A DNA stretch of 64,000 nucleotides from Candidatus Marinacidobacterium sp. Lineage in GTDB: Bacteria; Acidobacteriota; Vicinamibacteria; Marinacidobacterales; Marinacidobacteraceae. Below are positions 1 through 9,502 of the stretch, one piece after another. Position 1 is the first letter of the stretch, and the number at the start of each line of letters is the position of its first letter. A program made the translations under genes and the position numbers. Under the pieces are notes generated by a model. The model had not been told where the DNA came from and did not search any database. It saw nothing but the letters and a program-made list of their open reading frames with translations. The stretch covers positions 1,247,993 to 1,311,992 of the forward strand of contig OZ241856.1 in the NCBI GenBank assembly GCA_965202845.1, given 5' to 3'.

Positions 1-1263
1 GGCGGGCGGGATCGCTGCTTTCCTTCGGCGCGCTCGATCCGGGACTGGCTGGATCGCTTCCATGTGGAGGGGGCGCACGATGGGGAGCGGGAGCGGGGAA
101 CCGCCTATCTCGCGCCCCACACCGAGCGCCACGAACTGTTCCGGAAGGTGAACCGGCGTCTGATGAACTTCGGACCTTGGAAGAAGATCCCGAAGGCGTT
201 GACGCTGGACTTGGACGCCACGATCATCGCTTCGGGGAAGCGGGAGTGCTGGCCCACCTACCGGGCGGCGACGGGCGAGGTTCCGGGAGAGCGGGGCTAC
301 CAGCCGCTGATCGCGTTCTGCCGCGAGCTCGGGATGACGCCGTGGCTGGAGTTCCGCGACGGGAACGTTCCGGCTTCGCTGGACAACGCGCGCGCCCTGG
401 ACGAGACGCTGGCGCAGTTGCCCGCCGTGGTGGAGCGGGTCACGCTTCGAACCGATGGGGCGGGCCACCAGGAGGCTGTGATCCGGGCGTGCAACAATCC
501 GGCGCGGCGCAGCGAAAGGACGCGGCGTTTCAGGGTCGTGGGGTTGATCGCCGGCGCCACCCTTTCCAAGGCGCTTCTGGAGGAAGTGAAGCGACTTCCC
601 GAGGATGCTTGGAGCCCGGTAGCGTCGGGAATCGAGCCGGCGTCGGGTGATGAAGCAGGCGACCTGGAATGCGCCGAGTTGCCCTTCGTCTCGAACATGG
701 ACGCCCGTTCGAGGCCGGAGGACGTGATCCGTTATGTGGCGACTCGGCGCCCGATTCCCTGGAATCTGGGCTTTGGGGAAAGCGAACGCCCGGCGGCGGA
801 CGGCAAGCCGTCTTACCGTTTCCGCGCCTACCTGACCAACTTCCCGGCGCCGGACGCGCTGCCGCTGGAGCGGGCGAACGGGCTTGAGGTCATGGAGGCC
901 GGTGAGGTGGTTCGGGCGGCGCATGAACGCTGTGGTCGGGGGGAGCAGGTTCACTCGGCGCTCAAGTCGGACCTTGCGGGCGGGATGATGCCGTCGGGTC
1001 GGTTCGGGGCGAATGCGGCCTGGCTTTGGCTGGCGGCGTTGACGATGAATGTGATGGCGCTGGCGTGCCGCACAGCCTATGGCCCCGAATGGCTCTGGGC
1101 GCGAATGAAGCGGTTGCGCGCGGTGTGGCTCCATCTGGCGGCTCGCTTGGTGCGGCATGGTCGCCGGTTCAAGCTGGTGTTCGACGCGGACGGGGCGCGG
1201 CTGTTGGCGGCGTTCCAGCGCTTGAAACGCGCCACGTCGCCCCCGACGCCCGTCCCCGGCTGA
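1..1263 (+). CDS. IS1380-family DDE transposase, 5' partial (continues upstream of window)
   Basis: ORF 64..1263 is in frame back to nt 1; the 399 aa are identical to the C-terminal 399 aa of the 556-aa ORF at 55025..56695 (-). Transposase_11/IS1380-like motifs (TLDLDATIIASGKRE..YRAATGEVPGERGYQPL). Confidence 0.8.
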   Translation, partial: GGRDRCFPSARSIRDWLDRFHVEGAHDGERERGTAYLAPHTERHELFRKVNRRLMNFGPWKKIPKALTLDLDATIIASGKRECWPTYRAATGEVPGERGYQPLIAFCRELGMTPWLEFRDGNVPASLDNARALDETLAQLPAVVERVTLRTDGAGHQEAVIRACNNPARRSERTRRFRVVGLIAGATLSKALLEEVKRLPEDAWSPVASGIEPASGDEAGDLECAELPFVSNMDARSRPEDVIRYVATRRPIPWNLGFGESERPAADGKPSYRFRAYLTNFPAPDALPLERANGLEVMEAGEVVRAAHERCGRGEQVHSALKSDLAGGMMPSGRFGANAAWLWLAALTMNVMALACRTAYGPEWLWARMKRLRAVWLHLAARLVRHGRRFKLVFDADGARLLAAFQRLKRATSPPTPVPG

Positions 1264-1478
1264 CCCGGGGCTTCGGCAGGACGTTTCCCCCGGTTTTTGA
1301 GGGGAAGGTGCGCCCGCAGGTCACAAAACCCGTCCAACCAGCGCCCAATTGCGGCAGATCCGCCTCCCGACCCGCCTCAAAAGGCGGTTCTTGGCGCCCG
1401 CGGAGGCCGGAAACGGCCGGCTCGCCCTCCCGAAAGACGATTTTCAGTCCGAAAAAAGATTAGCTCGCCGATTTGGGG
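1..1478 (+). mobile_element. IS1380-family insertion sequence, copy 1, left part cut by window edge
   Basis: nt 1-1478 are the exact reverse complement of the inner 1478 bp of copy 2 (54810-56287); identity ends at the terminus ...CCGATTTGGGG|ATCC (1478/1479). The terminal IR contains ATCGGCGAGC at both ends of copy 2. Confidence 0.8.
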
Positions 1479-1610
1479 ATCCAGGCGAAGCTGGAGAACG
1501 TGTTCGACGCCGTGTACGCCACCAGCTCGCTCTTCTCGTCGCGGGCCGGGAATTTCCCAGGGCAGCCCCGCACCCTCTCGGTGCTCCTGACCTTCGACGG
1601 GCTGCGATGA
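1479..1610 (+). pseudogene. 43-codon 3' remnant of a gene interrupted by IS1380 copy 1
   Basis: Open frame starts exactly at the IS terminus (ATC CAG GCG...) and ends ...TFDGLR-TGA; its stop overlaps the ATG of the next gene (ATGA at 1607-1610), as in a coupled operon. No start codon in the fragment. Confidence 0.3.
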
Positions 1611-2680
1611 GACACCCCGCCGGAATGCGGCGCGCCCTCGTGGTCGCGCTCCTCTGCCTGCTTCCCGGGGCGCACGCCCCGGGACAGGAAGAAGCGTTCC
1701 GGCTGGGGGACATCACCGCGCCGCCGGGGAGCATCGTCTCCGGTCGCCTTGAAGTCCCCGCCGCCGGCGGCGATGCGGGGACCTTCTTCCCCATCACCGT
1801 CGCGCACGGCGCCCGTCCGGGCCCGGTGCTCACCCTGGTGGCGGGGATTCACGGTTCGGAGTACGCCCCCATCCTCGCGCTCCAGCGTCTTCGGCCCCAG
1901 CTGCGCCCCGAAGACATGAGCGGCACGGTCGTCCTGGTCCACATGGCCAACCTGCCCGCCTTCCTGGGGCGCACCATCTACTTCGGCCCGGAGGACCGCC
2001 TGAACCTGAACCGGGAATTCCCCGGCAGACCGGATGGTTCCCTCACCGAACGGATCGCCCACGTCCTCACCCGGGAGGTCATCGCCCGCTCGGACTTCCT
2101 GATGGACATCCATTCCGGCGACGGCAACGAATGGCTCCGCCCGTCGTACACCGGCTACTACGCCGAGGCGGGCGGAAGCGAGGTCATCGAGCGGTCGCGG
2201 CGGATGGCGGTCGCCTTCGGCCTTGACGTCATCGTCGAATTCCGGGGCGACCTGACCCCGGAGAGCGCCATCTGGTGCGGTTCGGCTGCGGTGGCGCTGG
2301 GCATCCCGGCCATCGACGTGGAGTCGGGAGAGATGGGACTGATTGAAGATCGCCGGATCGACCCGATCGTGGACGGCGCGCTGAGCGTGATGCGGGATTT
2401 GGGCATGGCGGAGGGCGAGCCGACCCCGACCACCAGCCCGCTCTTCATCCGGGAGCGCGCCTACGCCGAAAGCGACCACGACGGCGTATGGACGCCGGAT
2501 CCCCGGATTCGCGCCGGGCAGTACGTCCCCGAGGGCGCCCGGCTGGGAGCGATCCGTGATTTCCACGGCGCCCCGCTCGCCGAGATCCGGGCGCCGGCCG
2601 CCGGGATGCTGCTGATCCTGCTCGGCGCGCCTCCGGTGAACCGCGGCGAGACCATCGCGGTGATCGCCCGGGTCGAATGA
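1607..2680 (+). CDS. succinylglutamate desuccinylase / aspartoacylase family (M14-like zinc carboxypeptidase), secreted
   Basis: N-terminal signal peptide MRHPAGMRRALVVALLCLLPGAHAP; AstE/AspA-like motifs (GIHGSE, EFPG, DIHSGDG). Confidence 0.7.
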   Translation: MRHPAGMRRALVVALLCLLPGAHAPGQEEAFRLGDITAPPGSIVSGRLEVPAAGGDAGTFFPITVAHGARPGPVLTLVAGIHGSEYAPILALQRLRPQLRPEDMSGTVVLVHMANLPAFLGRTIYFGPEDRLNLNREFPGRPDGSLTERIAHVLTREVIARSDFLMDIHSGDGNEWLRPSYTGYYAEAGGSEVIERSRRMAVAFGLDVIVEFRGDLTPESAIWCGSAAVALGIPAIDVESGEMGLIEDRRIDPIVDGALSVMRDLGMAEGEPTPTTSPLFIRERAYAESDHDGVWTPDPRIRAGQYVPEGARLGAIRDFHGAPLAEIRAPAAGMLLILLGAPPVNRGETIAVIARVE

Positions 2681-3822
2681 CCGCCGCCACGATCCGGAAG
2701 CGGGTCGCCAGCATCGACGCCCTCCGGGGTCTGGTCATGCTGCTGATGCTGGTGGACCACGTGCGGGAAACGGTGTTCCTCCACGTGCAGGTCGCCGATC
2801 CGGTGGACGTGAACCAGGTCACGCCCGGTCTCTTCTTCACCCGCTCGCTGAGCCACATCTGCGCCCCGGTATTCATCGCGCTCACCGGCCTGGGCGCCTG
2901 GTTCCATCGCCAGACGCACCGCCCGAAGGAGACCGCCCGCTTCCTGCTGGGGCGCGGCGCCTTCCTGATCCTGCTCGAAGTCACCGTGGTGGGCTTCGCC
3001 TGGACGGCCGAGTTTCCCCCCTCGATGCTCTTCTTGCAGGTGATCTGGTGCATCGGCATCTGCATGATCGCGCTCGCCGGGCTGATGATGCTGCCCCGGC
3101 TCTGGCAGGTAGCCATCGGAACGCTGCTGGTCGCCGGCCACAACCTCCTTGACGGCGTCGTCCTGACCGAAGCATCCCCGTTCTTCGCCCCCTGGGCCAT
3201 CCTGCACCAGCGCGACCTGATCGAGTTCGCGGGCATCACCGCCCGCACCAGCTATCCGGCGCTTCCGTGGATCGGGGTCATCCTGCTCGGATACGCCTTC
3301 GGCCCGTGGTTCGCCGGGCGACGCGCCGCTGGAACCATCCGCCGGGATCTGATGGGGATGGGCGCTGCGCTGCTGGCCGCCTTCGTCGCCATCCGCTGGC
3401 TGAACGTTTACGGCGACGCCCCCTGGTTCGTCGCGGCGGAGCCGATGACGACGCTGATGAGCTTCCTCTCGCTCACCAAGTACCCGCCTTCGCTGCTGTT
3501 CCTGCTCGCGACCCTGGGGTTCGGCGCCCTCCTGCTCGCGCTGTTCGAAGCCCTCGAGGATCGATGGATCACGACCACGATCGCGGTCTTCGGAGCGGCG
3601 CCGATGTTCTTCTACATCCTCCACCTGTACGTGCTGAAGGCTGGCTACCTGGTCGCGCTGGCCGTCTGGGGGCCGAACCAGGGGGAGCTTTTCGGGGTGG
3701 ACACCCTGGGAACGATGTGGCTCGTGGCGCTCGCGCTGGCCGCGCCGCTCATCCTGCCGACCCGCTGGTTCGCCGCCTGGAAGCGACGCCGCCCCGATCT
3801 GCGCTGGCTCCGCTACTTCTGA
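2677..3822 (+). CDS. DUF1624 / HGSNAT-like membrane acyltransferase family protein
   Basis: ATGA overlap with the previous gene; polytopic membrane protein with the conserved N-terminal RxxSIDALRGLxMLLM..DH motif. Confidence 0.6.
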   Translation: MTAATIRKRVASIDALRGLVMLLMLVDHVRETVFLHVQVADPVDVNQVTPGLFFTRSLSHICAPVFIALTGLGAWFHRQTHRPKETARFLLGRGAFLILLEVTVVGFAWTAEFPPSMLFLQVIWCIGICMIALAGLMMLPRLWQVAIGTLLVAGHNLLDGVVLTEASPFFAPWAILHQRDLIEFAGITARTSYPALPWIGVILLGYAFGPWFAGRRAAGTIRRDLMGMGAALLAAFVAIRWLNVYGDAPWFVAAEPMTTLMSFLSLTKYPPSLLFLLATLGFGALLLALFEALEDRWITTTIAVFGAAPMFFYILHLYVLKAGYLVALAVWGPNQGELFGVDTLGTMWLVALALAAPLILPTRWFAAWKRRRPDLRWLRYF

Positions 3823-3861
3823 ATCCGCCCCCGCGCGCGGACCATGAAGTAGCATCGCGCC

Positions 3862-4539
3862 ATGCGCACCATCAACGGATGGCTGTTGGCTGCCTTCGCC
3901 ATCGGCAGCCTGCTGCCGGCCACGCCCGCCGATTCGCAGCAGTGGCCGTATTCCTTCGTGGAGGAACCCTTCATACATCCCCGAATCATCAATGATTTTT
4001 CGACGTGGTTGAGCGACACTGGCGATCAGATCGTCGCGATCAATCTCCTTGACGCTCAGGGAAGCAATCGCTACTTCGGCGATGTTGAGATTCGTGCAAT
4101 CGACGGGGAGTGCCCTTGGGTGTCTTGGGAACGCGGAGGAAGAAATGGTTCGTTTGGTTATCAGTACATCGGCATGACGGAATCGAACGTGCATCTTCTC
4201 TTCACTTCCAATTGGGGAGGCGGCTCCGGCCAGTTCCGTGATGTCATGCTGCTGACCATCGAACCCGATACCGGAATAGACTGGGAAGGAAAAGAACGGG
4301 AGCGCCTGCTCCTCCGAAAGATCGGGGAGATCGGTCTCGGCGACCGATGGGCCGGGGAGTTGCGCGTAACTCGGAACACCCTGTGGATCGGGCCGGACGA
4401 GGGCTGGTTCTCGGTGAGCGGAGGATCGGGAAGCGGAGACCGTCCCGAACGCACGCTGCGGATCGACGCCCAACGGCCCGACGCTCTGGATTTCGGCGCA
4501 TCGGAGTACGCCTGCGCGGCCGCTGCCACTGGCGAGTAA
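3862..4539 (+). CDS. hypothetical secreted protein (lower-GC gene)
   Basis: 225-aa ORF with signal peptide MRTINGWLLAAFAIGSLLPATPA; nt 3950-4300 are visibly AT-richer than their surroundings; Gly/Ser-rich segments; no recognizable domain. Confidence 0.5.
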   Translation: MRTINGWLLAAFAIGSLLPATPADSQQWPYSFVEEPFIHPRIINDFSTWLSDTGDQIVAINLLDAQGSNRYFGDVEIRAIDGECPWVSWERGGRNGSFGYQYIGMTESNVHLLFTSNWGGGSGQFRDVMLLTIEPDTGIDWEGKERERLLLRKIGEIGLGDRWAGELRVTRNTLWIGPDEGWFSVSGGSGSGDRPERTLRIDAQRPDALDFGASEYACAAAATGE

Positions 4540-4554
4540 GGCGTCGTCCGGGAG

Positions 4555-5760
4555 TCAGGAGAGCGCGCCGCCGAGCAACCAGGAGCCGCCCACGAAGGTT
4601 CCAATCGCGCTTCCGATAGTCGGGAGGATCAGCGCCAGCGCGATGCGAAGCGCCCGGTTCCGATACCAGGCCCGGGGCCGGAGCGCGTCCTCCCGGAGCG
4701 AGCGGAGTTCGAAGACCCGGGGCGGACGCACCCACGCCTGCACGAACGCAGTCACGTAGCCAGCGCCCATCACCGGCGTCAGGCTGGTAAAGGGCGCCGC
4801 CAGCAGCGCGGCGAGGATCGTGAGCGGATGGGCGAGCGCCAGGATCGCGCCCAGCGCCGCCGGAATGCTGTTCACCAAAATCCAGAACTGCACGCCTTCG
4901 GCCGCCGCCTCCGCTCCCCGGGTCGCCCAGGTCGAGAGCAGCAGGAGCACGATGACCGCCGGGATCGCGATCCCGATCACCCGTCCGGGAACGCCCCGCG
5001 GCGGAATCTCCGCGAGCGGCGCGGTGTCCCGGGGTTCCGAGCGCAGCAGGTTCCGCTCAACCCCTTCCAGATGCCCGGCGCCGATCACCACCACCAGCCG
5101 GTCTCCGGGCGCCTCCCGCACCCGCTCGGCGATCCAGATGTCCCGCTCGTCGATCACCACCTCCTTCAACATCGGGAGGATCTCGCCGAGCTCCGCCACC
5201 AGTCGGGTGATCACATCCCGGGAGAGAAGCCGCCGCAGGTCGTCCTCGTCGGGGTCCCCCTCCCCGACTGGCTCGAACCCCCGGGAGATCGCCCGCATCT
5301 TCTGCCATAACCCGGCCCGCCGCCAGCTGCGAAGCAGCGTAACCCGGATGTTCCGGTCCACCAGATGCACCGGGATTCCGGCGGCCTCCGCAGTCCGCGC
5401 CGCCTCCCGAAGCTCGGCGCCCGGCTCCACCCCCAGCCGCAAGCCGAGCCGCGCCTGGTACGCGCCCAGCACGATCCCGACCAGCAGCGGCATGAGCCGC
5501 CGTCGCCGAATCACTTCCCGAAGATCCAGCTTCTCGATGGCCTCCGGGCGCATCAGGGTCTCGTAGCGCGCCTCGTCGAGCTCGATGCAGACCCCGTCCG
5601 GGCGCAGTCGGTCGATGGTTTCCCGCACCAGCCGCACCGATTCGGGGGAGATGTGGGCGGTTCCGACCAGAACCACCTCCCGCTCCCCGCCGGAGCCCCC
5701 CGGCAGGCGGAGCGAGCGCACCAGTTCCGCGCCGGAAACCTCGCGGGGAGCGTCAGACAT
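4555..5760 (-). CDS. TraB/GumN family protein
   Basis: 402 aa from MSDAPREVSG within the long minus-strand ORF 4555..7071; TraB-family signature (VLVGTAHISPESV...GAGHL) plus C-terminal TM helices. Confidence 0.7.
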   Translation of the reverse strand: MSDAPREVSGAELVRSLRLPGGSGGEREVVLVGTAHISPESVRLVRETIDRLRPDGVCIELDEARYETLMRPEAIEKLDLREVIRRRRLMPLLVGIVLGAYQARLGLRLGVEPGAELREAARTAEAAGIPVHLVDRNIRVTLLRSWRRAGLWQKMRAISRGFEPVGEGDPDEDDLRRLLSRDVITRLVAELGEILPMLKEVVIDERDIWIAERVREAPGDRLVVVIGAGHLEGVERNLLRSEPRDTAPLAEIPPRGVPGRVIGIAIPAVIVLLLLSTWATRGAEAAAEGVQFWILVNSIPAALGAILALAHPLTILAALLAAPFTSLTPVMGAGYVTAFVQAWVRPPRVFELRSLREDALRPRAWYRNRALRIALALILPTIGSAIGTFVGGSWLLGGALS

Positions 5761-5811
5761 CCGGGGGAGTCTAGTGACGGGAATTCCGGAGAGGGGATAG
5801 CCTCTCCCTCC

Positions 5812-6726
5812 ATGACCGCGCCCACTCCCCCGATGAAGCTGGTGGTGGCCGGGGATGCGTTCGAGGACATCATCTTCGCCGGCCTGCCGCGGATGCCGCG
5901 TCCGGGCGAGGAAATCCGCACCCCGAACTTTGCGCGCACCTTCGGGGGCGGCGCGCTGATCACCGCCGCCTGGGCCCGCTGCGAGGGCGCCGAAGTCTCG
6001 CTGTTCTCGGCGCTGCCTCCCCGGGTTCCGACCACCCTCCGCGCCGAGGGCATTGCGTTCCAGAACCTCCGCCGCACCGGCGAGCCGCACGCCATCACCG
6101 CCTGTCTTTCGTGCGGCGACGACCGCGCGTTCGCAACCTATGGCGGCGCGAACGACGCCCTGGAGCAGCGGCTGATTCCGGAGCTGTTGCGTCCCGGCGC
6201 CCTGGGCGGACGGGACATCCTGCACCTGGCGATCGCGCCCAGCTCGCCAGAAATCTGGCTGGACGCATTGCGCGCCCTGGCGCAACGCGGGGTCCCCGGC
6301 GAGATCTTCTGGGACTTCGGCCACGACGAGGATCTTCCCCGCCGCCGGGGCTTCGCGTCCCTGGTCGGAGCGCTGAACGGCGTGTTCGTGAACGACCTGG
6401 AGCGCGAGATCTACGACTCCCAGGGGGCCCTGCGCCGGGCCGCCCGGGGCGGGACCCTGGTGGTGGTCAAGCGCGGCGAGGCCGGAGCCGACATTCTGGG
6501 CGACGGCGAGAGCCGGGTTCCGGCGCCGACGCCGATGCTGGGGGTCCGGGACACCACCGGGGCCGGAGACGCCTTCGCCGCCGGATTCCTCACCCAGCGC
6601 CTCGCCGGCGCCCCGCTGCGCGAGCAGCTTCTGCACGGAAACGCCCTGGGCGCCGCGTGCGTGCAGCGCCTCGGCGGCCTGCCGACCCGGCCGTGGCGTC
6701 CCGCCGGGGAAACTCCTTCCCCGTGA
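5812..6726 (+). CDS. PfkB-family carbohydrate/ribokinase-like kinase
   Basis: Internal ATG (MTAPTPPMKLVVAG) in ORF 5365..6726; PfkB anion-hole motif DTTGAGDAF near the C-terminus. Confidence 0.75.
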   Translation: MTAPTPPMKLVVAGDAFEDIIFAGLPRMPRPGEEIRTPNFARTFGGGALITAAWARCEGAEVSLFSALPPRVPTTLRAEGIAFQNLRRTGEPHAITACLSCGDDRAFATYGGANDALEQRLIPELLRPGALGGRDILHLAIAPSSPEIWLDALRALAQRGVPGEIFWDFGHDEDLPRRRGFASLVGALNGVFVNDLEREIYDSQGALRRAARGGTLVVVKRGEAGADILGDGESRVPAPTPMLGVRDTTGAGDAFAAGFLTQRLAGAPLREQLLHGNALGAACVQRLGGLPTRPWRPAGETPSP

Positions 6727-6730
6727 ACCG

Positions 6731-9502
6731 GTGAAGATCGCGCTCCTGGGCGGCGGCGGGTTCCGGGCGCCGCTGCTGGCCCGGGCTTGCGACCGCAGCG
6801 GCCTCGGCTTCCGGGAGCTCGCGCTCTTCGACACCGACCCCGCCCGTCTCGAAACCATCGCCGAAGTCGCGCGCGTCTTCGCCCCCGGCCTCGAAGTGCG
6901 GACGACCGGGGACGCCGTCGCCGCGATCCGCGGAAGCCGTTTCGTGATCGGGGCGATCCGGGCCGGCGGGCAGGAAGCGCGGGCGCACGACGAGCGGCGC
7001 TGCCTCGAAGCCGGGGCGCTGGGGCAGGAGACGGTGGGCGCCGCCGGGGCTGCGCTCGCCATGCGAAACATCCCGGCGATGCTGGATCTCGCTCAAGTGA
7101 TGGAGCGGGAGGCGCCGGATGCGCTGCTCGTCAACTACGCGAACCCCGCCGGCCTGGTCGCCGAAGCCGTCCTCCGGGAAACCGGCGTCCGCGCGGTGGG
7201 CGTTTGCGACACGCCGATGGAGCTCGCCGACCGGATCGTCCGCCTTCTTTGCCTCGACCCGGAGCGGGCGGTCTTCGGATGGTCGGGGGTCAACCACTGC
7301 GGCTTCCTCACCGAACTGCGCGAGGAGACGCGAAACCCGTCTCCGGAATTTCTCCACGCCGGCATCCCCGATCCACGGGATGCGCCGCCCGAGGACCAAC
7401 TCCCGGAGCTGTTCCGGGATCCGGAGCGCCTGGCGCGGGCGCACCGAACGCCCCTTTTCGACCTCGAGGACATGGCGGGCGTCATCCCCTCGGAGTACGT
7501 TTTCCTCCACCAGCACCCCGATCGGGCGGCGGCGCGGGCGCGGCGCGCCGGTACGACCCGGGGAGAGGCGATCCTGGATTTCGAGCGACCGTTCTTCGAA
7601 GCCCCGCCGGGGGAGCGCGTCGCCCGCTACCGGGAGGCGCTGGACGCCCGGGAGCGGTCCTACTTCCGGATCGAAGGCGAGGGCGACGCGACCCCGCGGG
7701 AGGAGCGCGATCCCGAAGGACCCTCCGGGTACGACCGGATCGGCCTGATGGTGATCCGGGGGGTGCTGGAGCGCCCGGGCCGGGTGGTGGTGAACACGAC
7801 CAACCGGACCGCGTTCGGCGGCCCGGCGGCGCCGGAGCTCGAGCCCGCCGACGTGGCGGAGGTTCCGGCGGTGGTGGGATCGGACGACGCGGGCCGCGCG
7901 GTGATCCAGCCGCTCCCGCAGCCGCCGCTCCCCGCCGCCCGGGGACGCCTGGTGCGACGAGTGCGCGCCGCCGAGCGCGGATTCCTGGAGGCGGCGCTCC
8001 AGCGAAACCCCAGGCGGGCCCAGGAGGCGCTCCGCGAACATCCCGCGGGAGGACCGAAAGCCGCCGCCATCTTCCCCGCGCTCCGACTCGCCGGCTGCAG
8101 TCTTGCGTTCGCGGCGCTCGTCTGCGCGCAGTCGGCGTTCGCCCAGCCATTTCCGCGCGAGCCGGGCGGCGATCCCTTCGGGGAGAACCCCTTCGCCGAA
8201 CGCTTCGCCCCCACCGACCCCCGCGAGGTGGAGCAGCTGGTCCGCGCCGCGCTCTTCGGACGCCCGGGTCCCGGGCGCGCCCGCGCGCTCGCCACGCTGA
8301 TCGAACGCGACCAGCGGGACGTCATCCCCGCCTTCATCGCCGTCCTCCGGGTCCTCCCCGACGAGGACGGGCAGCTGTTGCGCGCGCTCCGGCGGCTGGC
8401 CCGGACGAACATCGGACGAGACTGGAAGGCGTGGACCGAATGGCAGGAGACCCACTCCGAAATCCGGCCCTTCCGCGGCTTCGACGCCTTCAAGGCCGAC
8501 ATCCTCGCCGGCATCGACCCGGGGTTCCGCGACTTCGTGCACCGGGGCGTCAAGCACGAAATCCGCATCGAGGAGATCGTCTGGGGAGGGGTGAAGCGGG
8601 ACGGCATCCCCGCCCTCACCGACCCGCCCCATATCCCGGCGGCGCAGGCGGACTACCTCGCTCCCGGCGAGCTGGTCTTCGGGGTGGAGATCGGCGGCGA
8701 CGCCCGGGCCTGGCCGCTCCGCATCCTCGACTGGCACGAGATGCTCAACGACACGGTGGGCGGCGTCCCGGTTTCGCTCGCCTACTGCACCCTCTGCGGC
8801 GCCGGCATCCTCTTCGACACCCGGGTTCCCGGACGCCGGAAGCCCCTCGTCTTCGGCTCGTCCGGCCTGCTCTACCGGTCGAACAAGCTCATGTACGACA
8901 GCGAAACCCGTTCGCTCTGGAACCAGTTCACCGGGCGCCCGGTGGTGGGCGAACTCACTGGCTCCGACATCAGGCTGAAGGTTCTCCCGGTGGTGATCGC
9001 CAGCTGGGACGCCTGGCGGAACGCGCATCCCTACACCAGAGTCCTCTCGCTGGACACCGGCCACGAACGCGACTACCGCCCCGGACAGCCCTACGGGAGC
9101 TACTTCGCCAGCCCGGACCTCATGTTCCCGGTGGTGGTGCGCGATCGCCGCCTCGACCCCAAGGACCGCATCTTCGTGCTGCGGGACGGGGACCGGGACA
9201 TGGCGTGGGCGCTCTCGCTGTTCGAGGACAACCCGATCCTCCACGACCGGGTGGGGCGGGTTCCGGTGGCGCTGCTGGGCGACGCCGCCACCGAAACGGT
9301 GCGCGCCTACGAGTCCGGCGGGCGCATCTTCGCCCCGACCGACGACCCCCGCCGGATCGAAACCGGCGGGGAATCGTGGACGGTGAGCGAGGACGCCCTG
9401 ATCGGGCCCGGCGGAGAGCGTCTCCAGCGGCTGCCGGGACACATGGCGTACTGGTTCGCCTGGCAGAGCTACCTGGGGGACCGCCCGGCCCGGGTGGAGT
9501 AG
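6731..9502 (+). CDS. 923-aa protein: N-terminal GH4-like NAD-dependent glycosidase domain fused to C-terminal DUF3179 domain
   Basis: N-terminus MKIALLGGGGFRAP...NYANPAG...GVCDTP...GVNHCGF matches the GH4 family; C-terminal about 400 aa match DUF3179. The middle contains a lipobox-like hydrophobic segment ALRLAGCSLAFAALVCAQSAFAQ with no in-frame stop or ATG. Confidence 0.5.
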   Translation: MKIALLGGGGFRAPLLARACDRSGLGFRELALFDTDPARLETIAEVARVFAPGLEVRTTGDAVAAIRGSRFVIGAIRAGGQEARAHDERRCLEAGALGQETVGAAGAALAMRNIPAMLDLAQVMEREAPDALLVNYANPAGLVAEAVLRETGVRAVGVCDTPMELADRIVRLLCLDPERAVFGWSGVNHCGFLTELREETRNPSPEFLHAGIPDPRDAPPEDQLPELFRDPERLARAHRTPLFDLEDMAGVIPSEYVFLHQHPDRAAARARRAGTTRGEAILDFERPFFEAPPGERVARYREALDARERSYFRIEGEGDATPREERDPEGPSGYDRIGLMVIRGVLERPGRVVVNTTNRTAFGGPAAPELEPADVAEVPAVVGSDDAGRAVIQPLPQPPLPAARGRLVRRVRAAERGFLEAALQRNPRRAQEALREHPAGGPKAAAIFPALRLAGCSLAFAALVCAQSAFAQPFPREPGGDPFGENPFAERFAPTDPREVEQLVRAALFGRPGPGRARALATLIERDQRDVIPAFIAVLRVLPDEDGQLLRALRRLARTNIGRDWKAWTEWQETHSEIRPFRGFDAFKADILAGIDPGFRDFVHRGVKHEIRIEEIVWGGVKRDGIPALTDPPHIPAAQADYLAPGELVFGVEIGGDARAWPLRILDWHEMLNDTVGGVPVSLAYCTLCGAGILFDTRVPGRRKPLVFGSSGLLYRSNKLMYDSETRSLWNQFTGRPVVGELTGSDIRLKVLPVVIASWDAWRNAHPYTRVLSLDTGHERDYRPGQPYGSYFASPDLMFPVVVRDRRLDPKDRIFVLRDGDRDMAWALSLFEDNPILHDRVGRVPVALLGDAATETVRAYESGGRIFAPTDDPRRIETGGESWTVSEDALIGPGGERLQRLPGHMAYWFAWQSYLGDRPARVE

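Noticed and set aside
1349-1606. First 86 codons of the 443-aa ORF 1349..2680
   Set aside because: This stretch lies in the IS1380 terminal region (duplicated at 54745..54939 in copy 2) and in the upstream gene remnant. The carboxypeptidase-like gene starts at ATG 1607 with a signal peptide.
5761-7071. N-terminal extension of the 838-aa minus ORF beyond the TraB gene
   Set aside because: The extension is antisense to the PfkB kinase and GH4 genes and low-complexity. TraB homology starts at MSDAPREVSG (5760).
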